Below are positions 20,015 to 28,723 of a stretch of 64,000 bases of DNA, one piece after another. The DNA is from Candidatus Anderseniibacteriota bacterium. GTDB lineage: Bacteria > Patescibacteriota > Andersenbacteria > UBA10190. The stretch's first letter is position 1. Every line of letters begins with the position of its first letter. The translations under genes were made by a program, and so were the position numbers. The notes beneath the pieces were generated by a model that saw only the letters and a list, made by a program, of their open reading frames with translations, did no database searches and was not told the origin of the DNA. The stretch is from NCBI GenBank assembly GCA_021414205.1, contig JAIOOW010000002.1:404171-468170 (forward strand), given 5' to 3'.

Positions 20015-20794
20015 CTACTTTCCTTTTTTCGCTGCCAATTTTTTCTGAAGATCGGCATACGAGCTATATAGCTCTATTTCGGCACGAACTTTTTTCTGAA
20101 TTGCTGCTGGAGTGATTGGAAAACCAGACAAGCTTTGCGTAATGCGTTTTATTACAGCAGCTTCCGTATTAGGATCACTCAGCTTTTTCTGAATATCTTC
20201 CCACGCCTTTGAGGGAAGCATTGCGCCTGCGTTCACTCGCGAAACGGCAAATTTATAATCAGGATACTCTTCAATGACGGATTTTTTCGCTTCTCGATCA
20301 AGTGCAACGTCCGTAAAGCCACTAACAATTTGCTCTGCCGTTAACCCCGGCTTGCGCAGCTCCTTGAAACGATTATGTTTTTCTTGGAATTGCGCCGCCA
20401 AGCCACGAGCATCTTTTTTAGAGAGGCGACTTGCGTCTTTAATAACCTTAATTTTCTCAGCATCAATTTCCTTCTCAACCCCCTGAGCATATTTTACTAC
20501 TGCATGATCCCCGCCGAGTTTTCCTTTCATCATAGTAATAACCGTACCAATATTCATTCCTGGGCCATAGACTGCTGGCAAAAATTCTGTCGCCATAAAA
20601 CTCTCGTCTACTATATCAGCACGAGGTTCTTGAGCATGGGCTTTTTCTATTTCAGCTCCTACTGCAAGCGCCCCCGCTCCAGCTGCAGCGTTTTTCAAAA
20701 ACTCTCTACGATCCAATGTATTTCCAGAATTATTTTCTTCTGCGGATTTTTCCGGAATCATTCTTGAACCAAAGCTTTCCATTCCCATATGCAA
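20015..20794 (-). CDS. Tat-signal secreted hypothetical protein (possibly gluconate 2-dehydrogenase subunit 3-like)
   Basis: Twin-arginine motif DRREFLKNAAAGAGALAV; about 230-aa mature domain; family assignment is tentative. Confidence 0.5.
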   Translation of the reverse strand: MHMGMESFGSRMIPEKSAEENNSGNTLDRREFLKNAAAGAGALAVGAEIEKAHAQEPRADIVDESFMATEFLPAVYGPGMNIGTVITMMKGKLGGDHAVVKYAQGVEKEIDAEKIKVIKDASRLSKKDARGLAAQFQEKHNRFKELRKPGLTAEQIVSGFTDVALDREAKKSVIEEYPDYKFAVSRVNAGAMLPSKAWEDIQKKLSDPNTEAAVIKRITQSLSGFPITPAAIQKKVRAEIELYSSYADLQKKLAAKKGK

Positions 20795-20815
20795 TTATAT
20801 TATTACAGATAAAAG

Positions 20816-23149
20816 CTACTTCTTTACGTCGTGCCCGCCAAATTGATTACGAAGCGCAGACACAATTTGACCGGTATAGCTTGGCGCATCTTCAGAATCA
20901 ATTCTGAATTGCAACGCAGCCTGAATCACCGGAGCTGGAATACCAAGCTCTTTTGCAGCATCCACCGTCCAATCACCCTCTCCACTATGTGCAACAGTTC
21001 CAGAAATATCTTGTAACTCAGTGCCGTGCATTCGATATGCCTCCTTCAGCCAATGCACAAGGCGGGATTCGATAACACTACCGCTGTTATATACGTGGGC
21101 AATTTTCTCAAGATCTAATTCTCCCCGCCACTCTTTGAGAACAGCAAACCCTTCTGCAATTGCCTGCATCATCCCGTATTCAATGCCATTATGGACCATC
21201 TTGACAAAATGCCCGGCCCCAGACTCTCCCATGTATTCGTATCCGCCAGCAATAGATAAGTCAGAGAATAGACCGACCAGCTCTTTGTATACCGCCTTAT
21301 CTCCGCCAATCATTAAACAAGCCCCCATGCGAGCCCCAGAAGGCCCCCCGCTCACCCCAACATCGAGATAGCTCACCCCAATCTTCGCCAACTCCTCAGC
21401 GCGACGAATCGAATCTTTATAGAATGAATTTCCGCCGTCTATTACAACATCGCCTTGCTTTAAAGTTGCCGACAATTCCTTAATTACATCATCAACAACG
21501 GGATGCGGGACCATAAGCCAGTAGATGCGCCCAGACAATGAAGATATAGCGCTCACTACGGAAGCACCCCTTTCTTCTACTTGCTTGCGCGCGCCTTCAT
21601 TTGGATCATATGCCGTAACTGACCAACCGTAATCCAATAATCGCTCCACCATATTTGAACCCATCTTTCCGAGGCCAATATATGCAATTTCCTTCTTTGG
21701 GATTTTTGGCTGCGGATCCAAATCACTAATCGCGTGAGCTTCCGATCCTTTCGGATATGAAATAAGCGGAATGGCATCACGCTGCCACGCCGAAATAATC
21801 GGGTCGATAAATTTCCAGCTTGCCGTTATCTCTTCAGTTGAAACAAACGATGTCTGATTACCCTCAATAGCATCGCGCAATAGCTTTGCATACGCGTCTA
21901 AAAATTCGCTTCCCGAGAAAGCGCTTTCATAGTCAAACGAAAAATCTCGCTCTTCTACAACCATCTCTCCGCCTGGCTTCTTCGCCCAAAACGACATAGA
22001 GATACGCTCCTCCGGCTGTACTTGATATCGTAAAATGTTTGTAAAATGTGTATCTGATGGACACAAGCACGGCGTCTGGTGGCGGAATTTCACCACTACT
22101 TCAACCTTCGCATCATCCATCCCCTTTCCACTTCGTAAAAATATTGGAACACCCCTCCACTGAGGGAGGTTCAATTTTGCCTCCAGTTGAAAATATGTTT
22201 CCGTTTGCGACCCACTCGCAACGCCATCTTCTTTTGCATACCCATCATACTGACCGCGCAATGTATATCGGGCAATATCTTGCGCATCCATTGTCTCAAG
22301 GGCTTCCAACACTTTTGCACGCGCATTGCGGATAGAATCTGCATCAAACGCTCCCGGGTTCTGCATAGTAAAGAGCGCAAGCAACTGCAACATATGGTTC
22401 TGCCCAACATCCCGCAAAGCACCTACCCCGTCATAAAATGCTCCGCGCCCCTCAACATCTATTTTTTCATACAAATGAATATGAATGCTATCGATAGAGC
22501 GAGCATCCCATGCTGGTTCTAAAAATACATTTGAAAATCGAAATGCTAAGATATTCTGCACCGTATCCTTACCTAAATAATGATCGATTCTATACACCTG
22601 CTCTTCTTTAAATAACTTTCCGAGCAATTCATCAAGCGCTTGCGCCGTTGCCAAGTCTTTTCCGAACGGCTTCTCAACAATCACGCGCGTCCATCCCTCA
22701 TCGCCACCACAAGGAATCGTAAGCCCAGAATCCGCGAGCTGCTGCAGGATCTCCTCGTAATATTCAGGCGGAACTGCCAAATGAAATAATTTATTTGCGC
22801 ACGTATGCCATTGCCCATCTTGCTTACCGAGTAGTGCTGCCAACTTTTCATAGCCATCTTTTTCAGCAAAATTACCCGTGCAATATGAAAATATCCTAGA
22901 AAAGCTATTCACTTTTTCTTCATCTGCGCCCTGCTCCCGGAGCACTTCTGCGACGTATTGCTGGAACGATTCATCAGAAAATTCCCTACGGGCAAACGCC
23001 ACAATATGCATTAATTCCGGCAAATTACCGTCGGAATATAGCCTAAATAAAGCGGGAATTAGCTTTCTCTTGGTTAAATCGCCCGTAGCGCCAAATATGG
23101 TTAAAATCGTTGGAAGGGTGGGGGGTTTTTGCATAAAGGCATTGTACAC
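20816..23149 (-). CDS. zwf: fused glucose-6-phosphate 1-dehydrogenase (N-terminal about 480 aa) / 6-phosphogluconate dehydrogenase short form (C-terminal about 290 aa)
   Basis: G6PD NADP-binding GATGDLTKRKLIPALF and active-site RIDHYLGKD; linker DLDPQPKIPKKE; then 6PGDH IAYIGLGKMGSNMVERL and GAGHFVKMVHNGIEYGMMQ; single uninterrupted 777-aa ORF. Confidence 0.85.
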   Translation of the reverse strand: MYNAFMQKPPTLPTILTIFGATGDLTKRKLIPALFRLYSDGNLPELMHIVAFARREFSDESFQQYVAEVLREQGADEEKVNSFSRIFSYCTGNFAEKDGYEKLAALLGKQDGQWHTCANKLFHLAVPPEYYEEILQQLADSGLTIPCGGDEGWTRVIVEKPFGKDLATAQALDELLGKLFKEEQVYRIDHYLGKDTVQNILAFRFSNVFLEPAWDARSIDSIHIHLYEKIDVEGRGAFYDGVGALRDVGQNHMLQLLALFTMQNPGAFDADSIRNARAKVLEALETMDAQDIARYTLRGQYDGYAKEDGVASGSQTETYFQLEAKLNLPQWRGVPIFLRSGKGMDDAKVEVVVKFRHQTPCLCPSDTHFTNILRYQVQPEERISMSFWAKKPGGEMVVEERDFSFDYESAFSGSEFLDAYAKLLRDAIEGNQTSFVSTEEITASWKFIDPIISAWQRDAIPLISYPKGSEAHAISDLDPQPKIPKKEIAYIGLGKMGSNMVERLLDYGWSVTAYDPNEGARKQVEERGASVVSAISSLSGRIYWLMVPHPVVDDVIKELSATLKQGDVVIDGGNSFYKDSIRRAEELAKIGVSYLDVGVSGGPSGARMGACLMIGGDKAVYKELVGLFSDLSIAGGYEYMGESGAGHFVKMVHNGIEYGMMQAIAEGFAVLKEWRGELDLEKIAHVYNSGSVIESRLVHWLKEAYRMHGTELQDISGTVAHSGEGDWTVDAAKELGIPAPVIQAALQFRIDSEDAPSYTGQIVSALRNQFGGHDVKK

Positions 23150-23156
23150 CGTTTTT

Positions 23157-23915
23157 TCACTTACCCAATATGCGCAATATTCTTACCCCTAACGCCTGCC
23201 ACCATGGAGCAATATAGCGCAATTTAGGATTTTTCGATTCTGCGGCACGAACGATACAGCGGACAATTGACGTTGTTGACTGTGCTTCTAGAAGTTTAAA
23301 AAATGCTTCCAGTCGCTCTCGAACTGCTCCCTGCTGGCTTGCAATCATGCGCTGATTAAAGCCAGTATGATATGCGCCGGGCTCCACGAGGGAAACATGA
23401 ACCCCTGTACCAAGTATCCGCATCTCGCCTCGCAACGCTTCTGCCCCGCCCGAAAGCGCAAATTTCGTCATAGCATACGGCGCCAAAAATGGCATCATAA
23501 CTCTGCCTGCGGTTGAGCTGATAAACACAACAGTACCGGATCTGCGCTGCGCCATATTCGAAAGAGCGATTTGCGTGAGCTCAAGAGACGAGAACAGATT
23601 TGTTTCAAAAATGCTTCTGACAGTATTCATATTAACAGTCGCAAGACTGCCAGATTCCCCGATTGCTGCATTATTAATCAGCACATCAATATCAGGATAC
23701 TTTTTCAAAAGCTCGCGATCTTCCGGAATTGCAATGTCCAGCTTAAAACTATCCAGCACAAGATTGTTTTTCGCAGCCTCTTGGGCAAGAGCGTCAGATT
23801 GTTCTTGGGTATGCGTCGTTGCAATTACCCGGTGTCCGCGGCGCGCTAGTGCGAATGCAGACTCTTTGCCGATACCGGAGCCTGCACCCGTAATGAGAAT
23901 TGTTTTATGCGCCAT
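23157..23915 (-). CDS. short-chain dehydrogenase/reductase (SDR)
   Basis: TGAGSGIGKESA Rossmann motif, YxxxK region, 252 aa. Confidence 0.85.
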   Translation of the reverse strand: MAHKTILITGAGSGIGKESAFALARRGHRVIATTHTQEQSDALAQEAAKNNLVLDSFKLDIAIPEDRELLKKYPDIDVLINNAAIGESGSLATVNMNTVRSIFETNLFSSLELTQIALSNMAQRRSGTVVFISSTAGRVMMPFLAPYAMTKFALSGGAEALRGEMRILGTGVHVSLVEPGAYHTGFNQRMIASQQGAVRERLEAFFKLLEAQSTTSIVRCIVRAAESKNPKLRYIAPWWQALGVRILRILGK

Positions 23916-23921
23916 GTATGG

Positions 23922-24683
23922 CTATCGAATCTCGTACGTAACCGATACGGTCGTTGTTGTTTCTTGTGTGCCTACAGGAACTTCTGGGGTTGTCGGCACT
24001 CCGCCGCCAATGCCAAGCTTAGAATCCATTGCGTATGGGATAGGGCGAGGATTATTAGAATCCACAGAATACGTCTTCACCTTTCCTAGATGAACATGCA
24101 AAGAGCCTGCAATCGCTTCTGCCTTTTTCTGGGCGTTCGCAATAGCGTCTTGTTCGGCAGACACATCAGCCACAGACTGGTCATCGCTCGTGAATGAAAC
24201 TCCCCCCACTTGGTTTGCACCAGCCCCTGTTGCTTTCGCAATCACGTCACCAGATTTTTTCGTATCCCTAATTGTCACATCGATTTGCTGAGTCGCATCA
24301 AACCCCTTCGGTGTTTGCGCTCCGTTCGTGTAATCATATGCGGGATTTACTGAAATTCCCTGCGTTGCAATATCCTTATCTTCGATGCCAAGCGCACGCA
24401 CAGATGCCAATACTGCATTTATTTTTTTCGCCATCTGATCTGTCGCGTCTTGCGCCGATGATGCGCTTGAAATATTCACGCCAAGTGTTACATGCGCGAT
24501 ATTTGGAACTTGCTTCGAAGTTCCCATTCCCTGAACAGTAATTGAGCGGTCAGCATTCCGAACAGGATCGGAAACAATATATTGACCAGCTATAAAACTT
24601 ACTCCTACGATGCCCGCTACGATATATAAAGATGTGGTGTTCATGAAGACAAGTATATCACGCCTTACCGGCACTTCGCACAA
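23922..24683 (-). CDS. SIMPL-domain (DUF541) periplasmic protein
   Basis: Signal-anchor then SIMPL-like domain (26-kDa periplasmic immunogenic protein family features); alternative start at MNTTSLY (about 24641). Confidence 0.65.
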   Translation of the reverse strand: MCEVPVRRDILVFMNTTSLYIVAGIVGVSFIAGQYIVSDPVRNADRSITVQGMGTSKQVPNIAHVTLGVNISSASSAQDATDQMAKKINAVLASVRALGIEDKDIATQGISVNPAYDYTNGAQTPKGFDATQQIDVTIRDTKKSGDVIAKATGAGANQVGGVSFTSDDQSVADVSAEQDAIANAQKKAEAIAGSLHVHLGKVKTYSVDSNNPRPIPYAMDSKLGIGGGVPTTPEVPVGTQETTTTVSVTYEIR

Positions 24684-25048
24684 ATGCCTTCAAGTTCTAT
24701 GGAATGATGCTTGGTGATAAACCCCGTTTTCTTTCGAATCTTTTCATCATCATAATTCACGTCGGCATCTTCCAAGTCTTGTACAGCTCCGCATATCTGG
24801 CACGTAATGTGGTGGTGGTGTGGCATTCCAGCCCATTCATAGCGGCTTCCACGCTCTCGCCAATCAACAGCATGAATTTTATTTTCTTGCTCTAAGCGCA
24901 TAACAGTACGAAATACCGTAGAATACGCCGTTTCAGGGTACGTTTTCTGCACTTGACGAAACACTTCTCGAATAGAGATTGGTTCTGCCGTAATAGTAAA
25001 TACATGCTCTATAAAGATCTTTTTCTTTGTATTGCGCGTTGTTGACAT
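24665..25048 (-). CDS. zur: Fur-family metalloregulator, probably Zur
   Basis: 127 aa, HHHHITCQICG..CAKC metal sites; divergent from znuABC. Confidence 0.7.
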   Translation of the reverse strand: MSTTRNTKKKIFIEHVFTITAEPISIREVFRQVQKTYPETAYSTVFRTVMRLEQENKIHAVDWRERGSRYEWAGMPHHHHITCQICGAVQDLEDADVNYDDEKIRKKTGFITKHHSIELEGICAKCR

Positions 25049-25077
25049 ATGCGCACTATAGCACTAAGTATCATTAT

Positions 25078-25092
25078 TGCAAGTTAATTGCA
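25078..25092. promoter_or_regulatory. candidate Fur-family operator: palindrome TGCAA-gttaa-TTGCA in zur/znuA divergent intergenic region
   Basis: Perfect 5-bp inverted repeat with AT-rich spacer between divergent genes; znuA SD AAAAAAGGGG follows. Confidence 0.35.
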
Positions 25093-25121
25093 TTTAAGAA
25101 AAAAGGGGCTACGATAACACT

Positions 25122-26045
25122 ATGGACAAAAAATTGATTAGTTTTGGCATTATCCTACTGGCACTAGTTGGCATTGGTACGCTTCTCGTGCCTCGCTCAA
25201 AAAACACACCCACAACCCAATCCCCCAAGCTGCAGATTATTGCCAGTTTTTACCCAATGGCCTTTTTTGCAGAGCAGATTGCGGGAGATAATGCGAACGT
25301 TACGAACGTAACTCCGGCCGGCGCAGAACCTCATGACTATGAACCGTCCACTCAAGACATCGCTCAAATGGAGCATGCAAGTCTTATTATCCTTAATGGC
25401 AATGTTGAACCATGGGGAGATAAAATCAAGACGAACTTAAAAAACAGCTCTATAAAAATTATTACAGCAGGCGAAGGACTTGCAACACGAACACTCACTG
25501 AAAATGACATCACAAGCGCAGATCCGCACGTATGGCTCGATCCGGTATTAGCAAAACAAGAGGTGCGGAAGATTTCGGATGCAATTATTCAAATCGATCC
25601 TGCAAATAAAAATTTGTACACAACAAACACTAATGCAGTATTGCAAAAATTAGACCAGCTCGACAACACATACAAAACTGGCCTCGCATCATGCACAACT
25701 AAAGATATCATCACATCCCATGCCGCATTCGGATATTTGGCACAACAATACGGCCTAAATCAACTGGCTATTGCGGGCTTATCTCCGGATGAAGAACCAT
25801 CTGCGCAAGCATTGATTGCAACGGCAAAATTTGTACAAGAACACAATGTTAAATATATATTTTTCGAAAGCCTGGTATCCCCAAAACTATCTCAAACTAT
25901 TGCAAATGAAACGGGCGCACAAACACTAGAGCTAAATCCGCTCGAAGGGCTAACGAAAGATCAGCAACAACAAGGCGAGGATTATTTTACTGTCATGTAC
26001 AATAATCTGCATAACCTCCAAACAGCGCTCTCATGCACAATGTAA
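25122..26045 (+). CDS. znuA: zinc/manganese ABC transporter substrate-binding protein (TroA/ZnuA family)
   Basis: Signal-anchor, cluster-9 SBP architecture, followed by znuC/znuB. Confidence 0.8.
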   Translation: MDKKLISFGIILLALVGIGTLLVPRSKNTPTTQSPKLQIIASFYPMAFFAEQIAGDNANVTNVTPAGAEPHDYEPSTQDIAQMEHASLIILNGNVEPWGDKIKTNLKNSSIKIITAGEGLATRTLTENDITSADPHVWLDPVLAKQEVRKISDAIIQIDPANKNLYTTNTNAVLQKLDQLDNTYKTGLASCTTKDIITSHAAFGYLAQQYGLNQLAIAGLSPDEEPSAQALIATAKFVQEHNVKYIFFESLVSPKLSQTIANETGAQTLELNPLEGLTKDQQQQGEDYFTVMYNNLHNLQTALSCTM

Positions 26046-26734
26046 ACCACAAAGAGAATATCATAGAATGTATTGATGTTTCTTTTTCATACGGATCCGA
26101 AAACGTAATTCAAGATATCTACCTTGCAGTGCATCGCGGAGATTACTTGGGAATCGCGGGGCCGAATGGCGGCGGAAAAACGACACTGCTCAAAATCATG
26201 CTAGGCCTGCTCACCCCACAATCCGGAAGCGTGAAATTGTTCGGAACGGATATTAGGAATTTTAAAGATTGGCACAAAATCGGCTACGTTCCTCAAAAGG
26301 CAACCAGCTTCGATGTTAACTTCCCTGCAACGGTGTTCGAGGTTGTATTAATGGGCACATACGGCAAACGCGGCATCGGCCGCCCAACAACGAAAGAAGA
26401 TAAAACATCCGCCCTAGAAGCTTTGAAAAAAGTGGAAATGGACGGCTTCGCCAATCGCCTTATTGGGGATTTATCTGGGGGCCAGCAGCAGCGCGTATTT
26501 ATTGCGCGAGCGCTCGTCAGCAATCCTGAAGTTATCTTTCTTGATGAGCCGACAACGGGCGTAGATGAAGCGGCGCAAAAAGAATTCTATGCGCTCCTGC
26601 AGACACTCAACAGAACATACGACGTAACGCTCGTATTTATTTCTCATGACCATACCGCGCTTGCGCGCGAAGCCACGGAAATTGCGACGATCCATAAAAC
26701 ACTTACCTACGAAGTAAACACACATCATGATTGA
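26033..26734 (+). CDS. znuC: metal ABC transporter ATP-binding protein
   Basis: Walker A GPNGGGKTTLLK, signature LSGGQQQR, Walker B FLDEPT. Confidence 0.88.
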   Translation: MHNVNHKENIIECIDVSFSYGSENVIQDIYLAVHRGDYLGIAGPNGGGKTTLLKIMLGLLTPQSGSVKLFGTDIRNFKDWHKIGYVPQKATSFDVNFPATVFEVVLMGTYGKRGIGRPTTKEDKTSALEALKKVEMDGFANRLIGDLSGGQQQRVFIARALVSNPEVIFLDEPTTGVDEAAQKEFYALLQTLNRTYDVTLVFISHDHTALAREATEIATIHKTLTYEVNTHHD

Positions 26735-27557
26735 ATTATTACAATATAGCTTTGTAGTCCGAGGTCTTATTGCGGGCATCATTATTGCAATCATCGCTCC
26801 ATTCATCGGCATATTCTTAGTCTTGCGCAGATACTCCCTGATCGCAGACACGTTATCGCACGTGTCGTTTGCTGGTATTGCAATCGGCTTTTTATTTGGT
26901 ATTAATCCGATCATTACCGCGATTATCGCATCCGTAGTATCCAGCATCGCGATTGAACGGCTTCGCATTAGCAAAAAAGTATATGGCGAATCAGCATTAT
27001 CGCTCTTTTTATCAGGCAGCCTTGCAATTGCCATTGTCTTAATCAGTTTCTATCACGGGTTTAATACGAATCTCACAAACTACTTATTCGGGAGCATCGT
27101 TACCGTCCAGCAGTCTGACTTATTCATGATAGCGGGAGTAAGCGTAGTGGTACTACTTCTCCTTATCGGCTTCTACAAAGAATTAATATATATTTCGTTC
27201 GACGAGGACTCAGCGCTCGTGAGCGGAATCCCGGTTCGCCTCATCAATATTATTTTAATTATTTTATCCGCTCTCGTAGTTGCGCTTTCCATCCCAATTA
27301 TCGGCATATTGCTCATATCTGCGTTAATAGTCATCCCCGTTCTCACCGCTCTTCAGTTCAGAAAAAGTTTTCAAGCTACACTTATCATCGCCGAAGCAGT
27401 CTCTTTACTATCCGTCATAGCAGGGATCGTCATATCGTTTTATCTCAACCTATCTACGGGCGGAACAATCGTCCTGATTGCCTTAGCATGTTTTATACTA
27501 GCGTTTTTCCTCAATTCTTTTCAGTCCAGCTCGAAAACTGTCCGCGTAGCTCCTTAA
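26727..27557 (+). CDS. znuB: metal ABC transporter permease
   Basis: 276 aa polytopic membrane protein overlapping znuC stop. Confidence 0.8.
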   Translation: MIELLQYSFVVRGLIAGIIIAIIAPFIGIFLVLRRYSLIADTLSHVSFAGIAIGFLFGINPIITAIIASVVSSIAIERLRISKKVYGESALSLFLSGSLAIAIVLISFYHGFNTNLTNYLFGSIVTVQQSDLFMIAGVSVVVLLLLIGFYKELIYISFDEDSALVSGIPVRLINIILIILSALVVALSIPIIGILLISALIVIPVLTALQFRKSFQATLIIAEAVSLLSVIAGIVISFYLNLSTGGTIVLIALACFILAFFLNSFQSSSKTVRVAP

Positions 27558-28140
27558 TTTGCTCAGGCTTCAGCTCGTTATATACCGCAAGCCAATCGTT
27601 TGCGATTTGTATTTGAGCCGAGGATAGATTGATCCGCCCCGCGCATACTTCTTGGTGAAGATAATTTTCTACCAAATCTTTTTCATGAAACCCGGGAGTG
27701 GGGGAACCTGCTTCAGGAAATAAATTCGCAATCTCATTACTCCCACCCAACTCTAACGGAATTAAATGATCCGCCTCATACGTTCCCGTTACTTGCGGAT
27801 ACGCCAACCCATATGCTGTATAAATCTTTTTCTTCGTACTAGCAGACACGTTTCGAACTTTTGCCGTATATCCAGGTACACAAATAATGTCTTTTGTAGC
27901 ATCAGGAAATATCGCCCCTGGCGTGCATTCATGGTCAGGCAACGCACCATTAATTACGCAGCGATCTTTTGAAACCGGGGAATCAAGCGCATATTTCGTA
28001 TCTGCGCTTAAAACCACCTCTTGAACACCAGTACTTACCCGAGATAACGAAGACGGCTTCGGCTGCTGTTGCTCGTAAAAACCGTAGACAAACATACCTA
28101 TCAGAAAAATCGTTACGAGAATTTTGGAGAATTGCATCAC
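27511..28140 (-). CDS. secreted HNH-nuclease-like protein
   Basis: N-terminal TM/signal; C-terminal EADHLIPLELGGSNEIANLFPE resembles an HNH motif; conserved Cys pairs. Confidence 0.45.
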   Translation of the reverse strand: MMQFSKILVTIFLIGMFVYGFYEQQQPKPSSLSRVSTGVQEVVLSADTKYALDSPVSKDRCVINGALPDHECTPGAIFPDATKDIICVPGYTAKVRNVSASTKKKIYTAYGLAYPQVTGTYEADHLIPLELGGSNEIANLFPEAGSPTPGFHEKDLVENYLHQEVCAGRINLSSAQIQIANDWLAVYNELKPEQIKELRGQFSSWTEKN

Positions 28141-28200
28141 TTCTATACTATCATGCTAGCTTCATGCACTTAAGTCGGCACACATGATATAATCTACTCT

Positions 28201-28713
28201 ATGATTTCAAATAACCTTCTCGCGCAAAAAAAGTGGATTATCTGGGTAATCGTCATCCTTATTATCGCCAGCGCGCTTGGCGTTGTCGTATATAAGCTAT
28301 TGTCAGCATCTCCTGCTTCCGCTCCTCAAGTGTCCGCAACCCCTCTCGCACTACTCCCAACAAGCACGCCAATACCAACCGACACCCCCGCGCCTTCGCC
28401 GAGCAGCACCCCAGCGCCGGCATCGGTAAATATAGAAATCAGGAACGGAACACACACAGCCGGCCTGGCTCAAAAACTGAAAGACAAGCTGACCGCTGAA
28501 CACTATACCGTAAGCGCAATCGGAAATGCGAGCACCCAAGATATAGCAAAAACGATTATATACAACCTGAACGTTGCAGATGCGGATGCTGCACAAAAAA
28601 TAGCTGCTGAACTTTCCGCAAACGGCGAATCAACACTTCCAAAAAGCGAAGCTAAAAGCAGTGCCGATATCGTCATCATCCTGGGCGCAGACGCTCCTGC
28701 GATGCTCAAGTAA
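28201..28713 (+). CDS. LytR C-terminal domain protein (membrane-anchored)
   Basis: TM anchor, Pro/Ser/Thr linker, then IEIRNGTHTAGLAQ typical of LytR_C. Confidence 0.6.
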   Translation: MISNNLLAQKKWIIWVIVILIIASALGVVVYKLLSASPASAPQVSATPLALLPTSTPIPTDTPAPSPSSTPAPASVNIEIRNGTHTAGLAQKLKDKLTAEHYTVSAIGNASTQDIAKTIIYNLNVADADAAQKIAAELSANGESTLPKSEAKSSADIVIILGADAPAMLK

Positions 28714-28723
28714 AGCAGCTACT

